A stretch of 32,000 nt of DNA from Acaryochloris thomasi RCC1774. Lineage in GTDB: Bacteria > Cyanobacteriota > Cyanobacteriia > Thermosynechococcales > Thermosynechococcaceae. The stretch covers positions 321,400 to 353,399 of the forward strand of contig NZ_PQWO01000005.1 in assembly GCF_003231495.1 (NCBI RefSeq), written 5' to 3'. A program made the translations under genes and the position numbers. Shown here in pieces: positions 8,876 to 18,029 of the stretch (position 1 is its first letter; every line of letters starts with the position of its first letter). The notes under the pieces were generated by a model. It was not told the origin of the DNA, searched no databases, and saw nothing but the letters and a program-made list of their open reading frames with translations.

Positions 8876-9793
8876 TTAACACTGCTGGATTTGTTGCTGA
8901 ACCGTACGAGCGCAGTTTTGGAATGCCAGCACTTCCTTCTCATTCAACCGAGTTTCAATGCGGCGATGTACACCTGAGCGACCGACAGCACAAGGAACAC
9001 TCAAGCAGCAGTTAAAGACATCGCAGTACCCCTCCATCAAGACACTGACGGGTAGCGTGTATCTCAGATCCTCTACGATGCTGCGAACAATTAGTTTGAC
9101 AGCTAAAGACACGGTGTAGTTGGTATAGCCCTTGGCTTGGAAGATTTTCCAAGCAGAATGCTTAGCATCTTCTACCATCTGTTGGCGTAAAGGATCTGCA
9201 TTAATTGGTTCACCACCGATAGTGGCAGAGCTGAGGGCCGCAAACTGGCTGTCTCCGTGTTCCCCCAAAATATAGGCGTTGATATCTAAGGGGTGGATGC
9301 CGAGTTGCGTTGATAAAAGGTCGCGGAATCGTGCTGAGTCGATCAAGGTGCCGGTTCCAATAACCTGCTGCCAGTCGATTTGATCAGTGTGTTGCCGAGC
9401 AATTTGTAAAATCTCGTAGGTCAAGGCATCAACCGGGTTACTGACGTTGATAAAGATGGCATTGGGGCTGTAGCTAGCAAGAGGAGGAATCAGGGTACGC
9501 ATGATTTGACTGTTGTGCGACAGCAGCTCACTGCGATTTTGCATCTGTTTAGGCATGGGGGCACTCGCCACGATGATGATAATGCCGGATTCAGCCGTAT
9601 CCTCCAGCTCTCCATCCCGAACAATGAGCCGATAGGACGTCAGCGCTAATGCTTGCTGAATATCAGTAGCTTCAGCACGAGCAATATCTCGTGTGCGGTT
9701 GTAGAGAATTAACTCCGTAGCCAAGCCGTCTTGTGCCAGGACGAAGCTGATCGTTGATCCAACGTTACCGATGCCGATGACAGAAATTTTCAT
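8876..9793 (-). CDS. L-lactate/malate dehydrogenase family oxidoreductase
   Basis: MKISVIGIGNVGST (GxGxxG), NPVD, IGTGTLIDSARFR and GEHGDS (catalytic His). I place the start at ATG 9793. The ORF-track start at 9892 adds 33 unconserved-looking residues. Confidence 0.85.
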   Translation of the reverse strand: MKISVIGIGNVGSTISFVLAQDGLATELILYNRTRDIARAEATDIQQALALTSYRLIVRDGELEDTAESGIIIIVASAPMPKQMQNRSELLSHNSQIMRTLIPPLASYSPNAIFINVSNPVDALTYEILQIARQHTDQIDWQQVIGTGTLIDSARFRDLLSTQLGIHPLDINAYILGEHGDSQFAALSSATIGGEPINADPLRQQMVEDAKHSAWKIFQAKGYTNYTVSLAVKLIVRSIVEDLRYTLPVSVLMEGYCDVFNCCLSVPCAVGRSGVHRRIETRLNEKEVLAFQNCARTVQQQIQQC

Positions 9794-9932
9794 ACATAGA
9801 TCCTGTAATGCTGGCTGCTCACCTATAAAGACGACGGATTGAATAAAACCGCTGTGAGATCGCAGCTTTAAAAACGATCTCAGCTTCCTCATCGTGTTTT
9901 TGTCGTATTTGATGTCGCTAAACTTGTTGCGT

Positions 9933-9960
9933 GGGGACGGGGTTGTTAGGGATTAGGGGG
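9933..9960 (+). other. Canonical G-quadruplex-forming motif GGGG-AC-GGGG-TTGTTA-GGG-ATTA-GGGGG
   Basis: Read directly: four G-runs of 3 or more with loops of 2, 6 and 4 nt. It sits in the divergent spacer between the dehydrogenase gene and ppk2. Only the pattern is certain; folding is untested. Confidence 0.5.
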
Positions 9961-10005
9961 ACATTCAGAATTGATAGGGCCTACAGCTTAGATCAAGCAG
10001 GCTAG

Positions 10006-10065
10006 GTATGGGATTCCCATCTGACTCACGGAGGATTGGAGAGCGTTTGCGATCGCATCCCATAC
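10006..10065. repeat. Inverted repeat GTATGGGAT ... ATCCCATAC, plus a local palindrome ATGGGA-T-TCCCAT
   Basis: Read directly: 9-bp arms at 10006-10014 and 10057-10065, and the half-site TCCCAT again at 10015-10020. It lies upstream of ppk2. Confidence 0.6.
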
Positions 10066-10174
10066 TCCCTTCTCAATGCAAAAACTATTCATCAGCCCTT
10101 AAAGCGTTGTTAACGTAACGGTTTCTATTAAGATTGACGCTTATCCTAAATAGTACAGTTGCGCCCTAAGCACG

Positions 10175-11056
10175 ATGGCTAAAAACAAGGCTCAAGAAAA
10201 ACTGCCGAAAAGCTTGGCTAACGGCAAAGCACCCGCTGCTGAGAAAAAAGCCACGAGCACAAACAAAAGTAAGCCTCCGAAGAAGCTCAAAAAAGATATC
10301 TATGCAGAAGAGCTGAAGCGTCTGCAGATTGAGCTAGTCAAGCTCCAGGCATGGGTCAAACACAAAGGCTTAAAAGTTGTCGTTCTCTTTGAAGGCCGCG
10401 ATGCTGCCGGAAAAGGAGGCGCGATCAAGCGCATCACCGAATGCCTCAATCCTCGTATTTGCAAAGTGGCAGCTTTAGGGACCCCTACCGAACGCGAGAA
10501 AACCCAGTGGTACTTTCAGCGCTACGTTGCCCATCTGCCCGCAGCCGGAGAGATTGTGCTCTTTGATCGCAGTTGGTATAACCGGGCCGGGGTTGAACGA
10601 GTGATGGGATTCTGTACCCATCCTGAGTACGTTGAATTTCTGCGTTCCTGCCCAGAGTTTGAGCATATGCTGCAGCGCTCCGGGATCATTTTGATTAAGT
10701 ACTGGTTCTCCGTCAGCAACGAGGAGCAGGAGAAGCGCTTTAAAGAGCGTCTCAAAGATCCCACTAAGCGTTGGAAACTCAGCCCCATGGATCTAGAAGC
10801 CCGCGCCCGCTGGGTGGAATATTCCAAGGCTAAAGACGATATGTTTGGAGCCACGGATACAACGCGTTCGCCCTGGAATGTTGTAGAGGCTGATGATAAA
10901 AAACGGGCCCGGCTGAACTGCATTACGCATTTTCTGAGCATGGTGCCTTATGAAGATTTGACGCCCGAACCTATTAAGCTACCGCCTCGGCAAGAGGCAA
11001 TAGACTACGTTCGACCGCCGATGTCGATGCAAAGCTTCGTTCCTAGTAAGTTTTGA
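10175..11056 (+). CDS. ppk2: Polyphosphate kinase 2 (single-domain PPK2)
   Basis: P-loop-like FEGRDAAGKGG, the YFQRY and DRSWYNRA motifs, and a Lys-rich N-terminal tail. 293 aa. Confidence 0.9.
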   Translation: MAKNKAQEKLPKSLANGKAPAAEKKATSTNKSKPPKKLKKDIYAEELKRLQIELVKLQAWVKHKGLKVVVLFEGRDAAGKGGAIKRITECLNPRICKVAALGTPTEREKTQWYFQRYVAHLPAAGEIVLFDRSWYNRAGVERVMGFCTHPEYVEFLRSCPEFEHMLQRSGIILIKYWFSVSNEEQEKRFKERLKDPTKRWKLSPMDLEARARWVEYSKAKDDMFGATDTTRSPWNVVEADDKKRARLNCITHFLSMVPYEDLTPEPIKLPPRQEAIDYVRPPMSMQSFVPSKF

Positions 11057-11197
11057 TGGTCACATTTTGACTGTCACTATGAAGCAACGCACACAATATT
11101 GATCTACAGCGAGACTGTACAGTTGTTGCTGCTCACTCATTTTCAATGTCGAGGCCAGGGCAGCCCCTAACTCATAGTTCATTGCGGTAAAGAGTCA

Positions 11198-12256
11198 TTG
11201 ATTCACAGAGCCTTCCAACGCATTTGGACTGGGATCGCATTATTTGCGCTCACGATCATCGTCGCCGTGATCGGCTACATTGCCTTGGGCTGGACGTTCT
11301 CAGATGCGGTCTATATGGTCGTGATTACTATCTTTGGGGTGGGCTATGGAGAAGTTGAACCCCTAGATACAACCGCCGAGCGTATCTTCACCATTTTCGT
11401 GATTGTTGCTGGTACATCGTCTGTTATCTACATTGTGGGAGGCTTCGTGCAAATGGTGACTGAAGGTGAACTCAATCGAGCCTTTGATACCCAACGCAAG
11501 TCTCGAACCATTGCCAAACTTAATGATCACGTCATTGTTTGCGGCTTTGGACGGATTGGTCGAGTCCTTGCACAGCAGCTTGACGAGGCGAAACAGGCGT
11601 TTATTGTGCTGGATAACAACCCAGAACGGGTGGCGATGGCAGAGACTCGGGGATATCTTGTCCATACCGGTAGCGCCAGTGATGAAGCTTGCTTGCAAGA
11701 TGTGGGGATTGAGCGGGCCAAATTTTTAGCGACGGTGCTACCGGACGACGCCACGAACGTCTTCATCACCTTGACGGCCCATGAACTCAACCCGGAATTG
11801 TTGATTCTGGCGAGGGGCGAATCGATCACTACAGAGAAAAAGCTGCGTTTGGCGGGAGCCGATCATGTGGTGCTACCCTCCAGCGTCAGCGGTCATCGAA
11901 TCGCGAATCTGATTACACAACCCACCGCTTTAGATGTTTTGGCCCAGAATAATGAGCGGACGGCTTTGAATGAGCTGCTGACTCAGATTGACCTGCAGAT
12001 GGAGGAACTAGAGGTCAAGAAAAACTCTCGCCTTCTGGGGCGAACTATCGGAGAGGTCGAGGTCCGGGCCAAGGGAGCTTTCATTGTGGTGGCGCTGCGG
12101 CAGCTAGACGGGGAAACCATCAATCGTCCCGGTGTTTCTTTATCACTCAATGTCGGAGATGTTTTGGTTCTCTTGGGGCATGAAGGCGCGATCGCAAAAT
12201 TTGCCCACCGCTATCAGTATCAGAGTGAGCTGAGCTATCAAGGAGGCCCAGTCTAG
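11198..12256 (+). CDS. Two-TM potassium channel with RCK (TrkA-N/TrkA-C) domains, MthK-like
   Basis: Selectivity-filter-like TIFGVGYGE between two TM helices. Rossmann VIVCGFGRIGR. C-terminal TrkA-C-like segment (GRTIGEVEVRAKGAFIVVALRQ). TTG start; no in-frame ATG occurs before TM1. Confidence 0.85.
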   Translation: MIHRAFQRIWTGIALFALTIIVAVIGYIALGWTFSDAVYMVVITIFGVGYGEVEPLDTTAERIFTIFVIVAGTSSVIYIVGGFVQMVTEGELNRAFDTQRKSRTIAKLNDHVIVCGFGRIGRVLAQQLDEAKQAFIVLDNNPERVAMAETRGYLVHTGSASDEACLQDVGIERAKFLATVLPDDATNVFITLTAHELNPELLILARGESITTEKKLRLAGADHVVLPSSVSGHRIANLITQPTALDVLAQNNERTALNELLTQIDLQMEELEVKKNSRLLGRTIGEVEVRAKGAFIVVALRQLDGETINRPGVSLSLNVGDVLVLLGHEGAIAKFAHRYQYQSELSYQGGPV

Positions 12257-13840
12257 ATGGTTGATCTGCTCTGGGTTCTACTCTGTACTGGCTTAGTCTT
12301 TCTGATGCAGGCGGGGTTTATGTGCGTCGAGTCGGGCCTGACGCGATCAAAAAATAGCATCAACGTTGTCGTCAAAAACATGGCCGACTTCGGGCTTTCG
12401 GTCGCTTTGTTTTGGATGTTTGGCTTCGCACTCATGTTTGGGGCCTCGCAGTGGGGCTGGATGGGCGGATCTCACTTTTTCCCTTCCACCGGGGTGAATG
12501 CCAAGTTTGTGGCCTTCTTCCTTTTTCAGGCCATGTTCTGCGGCACGGCCACGACGATCATTTCGGGAGCCGTGGCGGAACGTTTGAAGTTTTCGGCCTA
12601 CGTGATCATTGTAATTTTAGTGTCAGGACTGATCTATCCTCTCTTTGGCCACTGGGCTTGGAATAGTCTCCTGGAGGATAATTCTGGCGGTTGGCTAGGC
12701 AATCTCGGCTTTATTGACTTTGCCGGTTCTACCGTGGTGCATAGCGTGGGCGCTTGGGTCAGCCTAGCGACGCTTACTATTGTTGGGGCACGCCAAGGTC
12801 GCTTCTCCGCTGAGGGTAAACCTAATAAAATTCAGGGTTCAAATCTGCCGTTTTCGATGCTGGGTGCTTTGCTGCTGTGGTTTGGCTGGATTGGGTTTAA
12901 TGGCGGCAGTACGTTAGCGCTCAATGATCAGGTGCCCGGAATTATCCTCAACACCATCTTGGCGGGGGTTGCTGGGATGATTACAGCAGCCATCCTAAGC
13001 TGGATACAGCATCGTCTGCTGGAGGTGGAGCCGCTGATCAATGGAATGCTGGCGGGGTTGGTGGCGGTGACGGCTTGCTGCGATGTGGTTTCTACCCCCT
13101 TAGCCTTTGTTGTGGGCAGTACTGGGGCTTCTGTGGCTTTACTGGTCTCTTATGGGTTGATGCGATCGCAAATCGATGATGCCGTCGATGCCGTCGCCGT
13201 CCACGGCGGTGCGGGCGCTTGGGGAACTCTGTGCGTTGCTCTCTTTGGTCAGCTAGAAAACGTCAACCGAATCAGTCAGCTATCAATACAGCTACTGGGC
13301 GTGGGAGTCTGCTTTGCTTGGGCCTTCGGACTCCCGTGGTTGATCTTAAAAGCAGTCAATCATTTCTTCCCGCTACGGGTCACGGAAGAAGAAGAAGTCA
13401 TGGGATTAAACATCTCAGAACATCGGGCCAAAACCGATACCTATGATTTGTTTCAGGTGATGGATTATCAGGCCAAAACCTCTGATCTGAGCCTTCGAGT
13501 TCCCGTCGAACCGTTTACAGAGGTGGGGCATATCGCCACTCGCTATAACCAGGTGATGGATTCCTTGGCTCGTAACCATGACGATAATATCGATACGTTA
13601 GAGCAAATTTATACCCTGACAGCGGCGGCAGCAGCAGTGATTGAGAATAATCGGTTTGATCCTGAGGCTTTGGAACTCGATGGGATGTGCGATCGCAACG
13701 ACGAACTTGGAACCCTTGCCCGCGTTTTGCAGCAGCTTGTGGCAGCGGTCCACCAGCGAGAACAGGCGCTAGCTGAGCTTAATCCTGCTTTGACGGATGC
13801 ACAACTCCATACAGGCTCAAAAGATACCCCGCGTCCATAA
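12257..13840 (+). CDS. amt: Ammonium transporter (Amt family) with a ~125-aa C-terminal HAMP-like extension
   Basis: Amt signature N-terminus (LVFLMQAGFMCVESGLTRSKN). Twin-His regions (FAGSTVVHSVGAW and AVAVHGGAGAWG). The ATG directly abuts the K+ channel stop (TAGATG), with AGGAGG 10 nt upstream. The tail carries DLSLRVPVEPFTEVGHIATRYNQVMDSL and NDELGTLARVLQQLVAAV. Confidence 0.92.
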   Translation: MVDLLWVLLCTGLVFLMQAGFMCVESGLTRSKNSINVVVKNMADFGLSVALFWMFGFALMFGASQWGWMGGSHFFPSTGVNAKFVAFFLFQAMFCGTATTIISGAVAERLKFSAYVIIVILVSGLIYPLFGHWAWNSLLEDNSGGWLGNLGFIDFAGSTVVHSVGAWVSLATLTIVGARQGRFSAEGKPNKIQGSNLPFSMLGALLLWFGWIGFNGGSTLALNDQVPGIILNTILAGVAGMITAAILSWIQHRLLEVEPLINGMLAGLVAVTACCDVVSTPLAFVVGSTGASVALLVSYGLMRSQIDDAVDAVAVHGGAGAWGTLCVALFGQLENVNRISQLSIQLLGVGVCFAWAFGLPWLILKAVNHFFPLRVTEEEEVMGLNISEHRAKTDTYDLFQVMDYQAKTSDLSLRVPVEPFTEVGHIATRYNQVMDSLARNHDDNIDTLEQIYTLTAAAAAVIENNRFDPEALELDGMCDRNDELGTLARVLQQLVAAVHQREQALAELNPALTDAQLHTGSKDTPRP

Positions 13841-13969
13841 TTGAATGCGGATTAAGTAGAACCGAAATCTTTACTCAACATGCGTTTGAATGAGGTTGCG
13901 ATCGCAACTCCTGCACTTCGAACCTATCTTTATTCTGACCGAAGCCCCCACCGCGCCCAAAATTATACG

Positions 13970-14011
13970 GTTACAAATTTTACATTTCTGCAGATCACAA
14001 CCCTGTACGAT
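13970..14011 (+). promoter_or_regulatory. Candidate NtcA-type promoter of glnN: GTT-N8-TAC box (13970-13983) plus a -10-like TACGAT (14006-14011)
   Basis: Read directly: GTTACAAATTTTAC satisfies GT-N10-AC, one mismatch from GTA-N8-TAC. A TAN3T hexamer lies 22 nt downstream, which is the class II NtcA promoter geometry. The ATG is 45 nt further on. Confidence 0.35.
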
Positions 14012-14055
14012 TTACAGACCTCACACCTGATCTGAATCTGAAAGGAACCAATTTC

Positions 14056-16227
14056 ATGGGATACGAGCCTAGAACCCAAGCGATTTATCAAGTTACCCAC
14101 AGAGACCCTGTCCCGGTAAAGCCCCCAGAATCTCTACAAGATCTGTGGGCCACAGATGTATTCAGCTTGAGCAAGATGCAGGCTTGCCTTCCCAAAAGTG
14201 TCTTCAAGTCTCTGAAAGAAACAATTCTATCTGACGCCAAACTCGACCCTGCCGCCGCTGATGTTGTCGCATCGGCCATGAAAGACTGGGCGCTCTCGAA
14301 AGGCGCACTCTACTATGCCCATGTCTTCTACCCCATGACTAACGGCACAGCAGAAAAGCACGACGGCTTTATATCGGTGCAGAGTGACGGCACCGTCATC
14401 TCAGAATTCTCAGGCAAAACACTCATTAAAGGAGAGCCGGACGGATCTTCATTCCCTAACGGCGGGATCCGCTCCACCTTTGAGGCCAGAGGCTACACGG
14501 CTTGGGATGTCACCAGCCCCGCCTACGTCATGGAAACCGATAATGGCGTTACCCTCTGTATTCCCACCGTCTTCGTCTCTTGGACCGGCGAAGCCCTCGA
14601 TAAAAAAATTCCACTGCTGCGCTCCATCAGCGCTATGAATAAGTCTGCAACCAAGGTTTTGAAGCTGCTCGGTTGTAATGAGGTTAGCCGCGTTAACTCT
14701 AGCTGCGGAGCAGAACAGGAATACTTCTTAGTAGATACAGCCTTTGCCAACACTCGCTCTGATTTACTCTTGGCTGGCCGTACCCTGTTTGGGAAGCCAC
14801 CGGCAAAGGGTCAGCAGTTCGATGACCACTACTTCGGAGCGATCCCGGAGCGGGTGCAGGTGTTCATGCAGGAAGTTGAACGCAGCATGTATCGTCTGGG
14901 CATTCCGGCCAAGACCCGGCACAACGAAGTGGCACCTGGACAGTTTGAGATTGCGCCAATTTTTGAAGCTGCTGATGCTGCTGCCGACCATCAGCAGCTG
15001 ATTATGACCATCCTGCGGAATACCGCGAAGCGCCACGGTTTCGTCTGTCTCCTGCACGAAAAGCCCTTCGCGGGCATCAACGGTTCAGGAAAGCACGTTA
15101 ACTGGTCCGTCAGTAATGCAACCCAAGGCAACTTGCTTGATCCGGGCGATCAGCCCCACGAGAATCTTCAGTTTTTGACGTTCTGTGGTGCGATTATTCG
15201 CGGTGTCCATAAGTATGGCCCTTTGATGCGAGCCGTGATTGCGACTGCTAGCAACGATCACAGACTAGGTGCAAATGAAGCGCCACCGGCCATCATCTCT
15301 GTCTATTTAGGGTCTCAGCTCGAAGATGTCTATGAGCAGATTCAGAAGTGCGACGTGACCGGATGCAAACCCGGTGACCTCATGGATCTAGGGGTAGAGT
15401 CGGTCCCCACCTTCATGAAGGATTCTGGTGATAGAAACAGAACGTCGCCCTTTGCCTTCACCGGCAACCGTTTTGAATTCCGTGCAGTAGGCTCCAGTCA
15501 GTCTGTTTCGGGGCCACTGATTGCCATGAACACTATTTTGGCTGACTCTCTAGACTGGATCGCGAATAAACTTGAGAGCCAAGTCTCGTCAGGTGCTGAC
15601 CTTAAAGCGTCAGTGTATGGCATCCTCAAAGAAATTATGGATGAGCATGGTGGTGTTGTGTTCGGCGGCAATGGCTACTCCGAAGAATGGCACAAGATGG
15701 CTGTTGAAGAGCGAGGTCTTGCCAATCTCCCCACCACTGCTGATGCACTGCCTGTTCTTAAGGAGAAGTATATTGAAGAGCTGTTTGAAAAAACAGGTGT
15801 TCTCTCGCCCGTTGAGCTAGAGAGCCGCTTTGAGGTCTATTCCGAACAGTATGTGCTCTCAGTGGAGGTGGAAGCTAACTTGGTGGTCGATATCGCCAAA
15901 ACTCAAATCTATCCGGCAGCCGTCAAGTACATCTCAGACCTGTCGGCAACCGCCTCTAGTCTGAAGGAAATGGGGATTGAGTTTAACTATTCCATTGCCA
16001 AAAAAGTTGCAAGTCTAGTCAACGGATTGAGTGAATCAACCCAAAAGCTAGAGGATGCCCTGGATAAAGAGGAATTTTCCTCGATGGAAGAGCATATGCA
16101 GTACTTTGCTCAGACGATTCGTTCTTTGATGGATGAAGTTCGAGGCTATGCAGATTCCCTAGAAGGTGAAGTCGCAGACGAGCTGTGGCCGTTACCCAAG
16201 TATCAAGAGATGCTGTTCATTAAGTAA
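14056..16227 (+). CDS. glnN: Glutamine synthetase type III
   Basis: 723 aa, the characteristic GSIII size. GS catalytic-domain motifs ([27 protein letters not shown]). Confidence 0.95.
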   Translation: MGYEPRTQAIYQVTHRDPVPVKPPESLQDLWATDVFSLSKMQACLPKSVFKSLKETILSDAKLDPAAADVVASAMKDWALSKGALYYAHVFYPMTNGTAEKHDGFISVQSDGTVISEFSGKTLIKGEPDGSSFPNGGIRSTFEARGYTAWDVTSPAYVMETDNGVTLCIPTVFVSWTGEALDKKIPLLRSISAMNKSATKVLKLLGCNEVSRVNSSCGAEQEYFLVDTAFANTRSDLLLAGRTLFGKPPAKGQQFDDHYFGAIPERVQVFMQEVERSMYRLGIPAKTRHNEVAPGQFEIAPIFEAADAAADHQQLIMTILRNTAKRHGFVCLLHEKPFAGINGSGKHVNWSVSNATQGNLLDPGDQPHENLQFLTFCGAIIRGVHKYGPLMRAVIATASNDHRLGANEAPPAIISVYLGSQLEDVYEQIQKCDVTGCKPGDLMDLGVESVPTFMKDSGDRNRTSPFAFTGNRFEFRAVGSSQSVSGPLIAMNTILADSLDWIANKLESQVSSGADLKASVYGILKEIMDEHGGVVFGGNGYSEEWHKMAVEERGLANLPTTADALPVLKEKYIEELFEKTGVLSPVELESRFEVYSEQYVLSVEVEANLVVDIAKTQIYPAAVKYISDLSATASSLKEMGIEFNYSIAKKVASLVNGLSESTQKLEDALDKEEFSSMEEHMQYFAQTIRSLMDEVRGYADSLEGEVADELWPLPKYQEMLFIK

Positions 16228-16251
16228 CGCGTTCTATCTCAATCTGTTGAG

Positions 16252-16280
16252 GGGGTATCTGGAAGCAGGTGCCCCTTTTT
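16252..16280 (+). terminator. Intrinsic terminator after glnN
   Basis: An 8-bp stem (GGGGTATC / GGTGCCCC, including two G-U pairs) with an 8-nt loop, followed by TTTTT. It starts 25 nt after the stop codon. Confidence 0.6.
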
Positions 16281-16492
16281 GTCGGCGTGCGGTGCTTGCT
16301 GCTGTTTGGCAAAGTCTGGCCGTTATCTTCCTGGTTAGACATGTCTTCACTGTTGCACCTCGATAGGTGAACCTGAATTCTTGGTTAAGATTCGAGGCTT
16401 TTACGGGGTCAAATGTGCTGAGTGCGTAGCCCAAAACCTTATTCTGGTTTGAGAAGCAATGGGTCGTCTGTATCTTAAGGAGCAATTCATCC

Positions 16493-17914
16493 ATGGCTAA
16501 AACTGCCCAAGACATCCTGAACTGGATTAGCAACGACAATATTCAAGTTGTTGATCTGAAGTTCATCGATATGCCAGGTATCTGGCAGCACTTGACGCTG
16601 TATCAAGATCAGATTGATGCGGACAGCTTCACCAGCGGCGTCGCCTTTGATGGCTCCAGCATTCGCGGCTGGAAAGCGATTAACGAATCAGATATGGCCA
16701 TGGTGCCTGATCCCAACACGGCCTGGATCGACCCGTTCATGGAAGAGCCAACGCTGAGTATGATCTGCAGCATCCAAGAGCCGCGCACGGGAGAACCCTA
16801 TTCGCGTTGCCCGCGCTCTATTGCCCAGAAGGCTCTCGACTATCTTTCTGCCTCGGGTATTGGTGATACAGCCTTCTTCGGGCCAGAAGCAGAATTTTTC
16901 ATCTTTGAAGATGTTCGATTCGATCAGACTGAAAATTCTAGTTACTACTATGTAGACACCAAAGAGGGCCGCTGGAATAGTGGCAAGGTTGAAGAGGGTG
17001 GAAACCTTGGCTACAAGCCTCGCTATAAGGAAGGCTATTTCCCCGTAGCGCCCACCGATACCCTGCAGGATATTCGCACGGAAATGCTGCTGACGATGGC
17101 GAAGTGCGGGGTGCCGATTGAGAAGCATCACCATGAGGTCGCAACCGGCGGTCAGTGTGAGCTAGGTATCAAGTTCGCTCCGATCATTCAGGCGGCTGAT
17201 TTCTTGATGACCTATAAGTACTGCGTCAAGAATGTCGCCATGAAGCATGGTAAGTCTGCCACCTTTATGCCCAAGCCGCTCTTTAACGACAATGGCTCTG
17301 GGATGCACACTCACCAGTCCATCTGGCGAGATGGGAATCCGCTGTTTTGGGGTGATGGCTACGCTAACTTAAGCCAGATGGCACTGCACTATATCGGTGG
17401 CTTGCTCAAGCATGCTCCGGCTCTGTTGGCGCTCACAAACCCCACGACCAACTCCTACAAGCGTTTGGTGCCTGGTTTTGAGGCTCCGGTGAATCTTGCT
17501 TATTCGCAGGGCAACCGATCGGCTTCGATTCGAATTCCGCTCTCTGGTCCCAATCCTAAGGCTAAGCGGATGGAGTTCCGCTGCCCGGATGCCACCTGTA
17601 ACCCTTATCTTGCTTTTGCGGCAATGCTCTGTGCTGGGATTGATGGGATTAAGAATCAGATCGATCCCGGTAGTTCGCTGGATGTCGATATCTACGATCT
17701 CAGCCCTGAGGAGCTGGCAAAGATTCCGTCTACGCCAGGTTCTCTGTTAGATGCGCTAGAAGCTCTGCGGGACGATCATTCTTTCTTAACGGATTCTGGT
17801 GTGTTTACCGCAGATTTTATCGAAAATTGGATTGAGTACAAGCTAGATAATGAAGTGAATCCTATGCGTTTGCGGCCTCACCCCTATGAGGTGGCGCTTT
17901 ACTACGACTGTTAG
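16493..17914 (+). CDS. glnA: Glutamine synthetase type I
   Basis: 473 aa. Motifs [25 protein letters not shown] and [19 protein letters not shown] lies 11 nt upstream of the ATG. Confidence 0.97.
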   Translation: MAKTAQDILNWISNDNIQVVDLKFIDMPGIWQHLTLYQDQIDADSFTSGVAFDGSSIRGWKAINESDMAMVPDPNTAWIDPFMEEPTLSMICSIQEPRTGEPYSRCPRSIAQKALDYLSASGIGDTAFFGPEAEFFIFEDVRFDQTENSSYYYVDTKEGRWNSGKVEEGGNLGYKPRYKEGYFPVAPTDTLQDIRTEMLLTMAKCGVPIEKHHHEVATGGQCELGIKFAPIIQAADFLMTYKYCVKNVAMKHGKSATFMPKPLFNDNGSGMHTHQSIWRDGNPLFWGDGYANLSQMALHYIGGLLKHAPALLALTNPTTNSYKRLVPGFEAPVNLAYSQGNRSASIRIPLSGPNPKAKRMEFRCPDATCNPYLAFAAMLCAGIDGIKNQIDPGSSLDVDIYDLSPEELAKIPSTPGSLLDALEALRDDHSFLTDSGVFTADFIENWIEYKLDNEVNPMRLRPHPYEVALYYDC

Positions 17915-17941
17915 GGTGCTCTGTTTTGCCCTAATTTAGTG

Positions 17942-17970
17942 ATAGCTGCCTTCGCGGGCAGCTATTTTTA
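17942..17970 (+). terminator. Intrinsic terminator after glnA
   Basis: Perfect 9-bp stem ATAGCTGCC / GGCAGCTAT with a 6-nt loop, followed by a T-run (TTTTTA). It lies 28 nt after the stop. Confidence 0.8.
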
Positions 17971-18029
17971 TGCAAGAAGAAGGCCAGGATGTCAAAATCA
18001 AGAGCATGGCTTACCCCGGAAAACTTTAA

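Noticed and set aside
16228-16492. Possible NtcA box or glutamine-riboswitch-like element upstream of glnA (GGAAGCAGG resembles the GGAAGUAGG core)
   Set aside because: No GT-N10-AC pattern exists in the spacer. The GGAAG segment is the loop and 3' arm of the glnN terminator hairpin. The flanking CGUUC...GAACG closing helix of the glutamine riboswitch is absent.
16234-16539. 101-aa minus-strand ORF spanning the glnN-glnA spacer
   Set aside because: It overlaps the glnN terminator hairpin and the glnA start. It has no SD and no recognisable motif, so it is most likely spurious.
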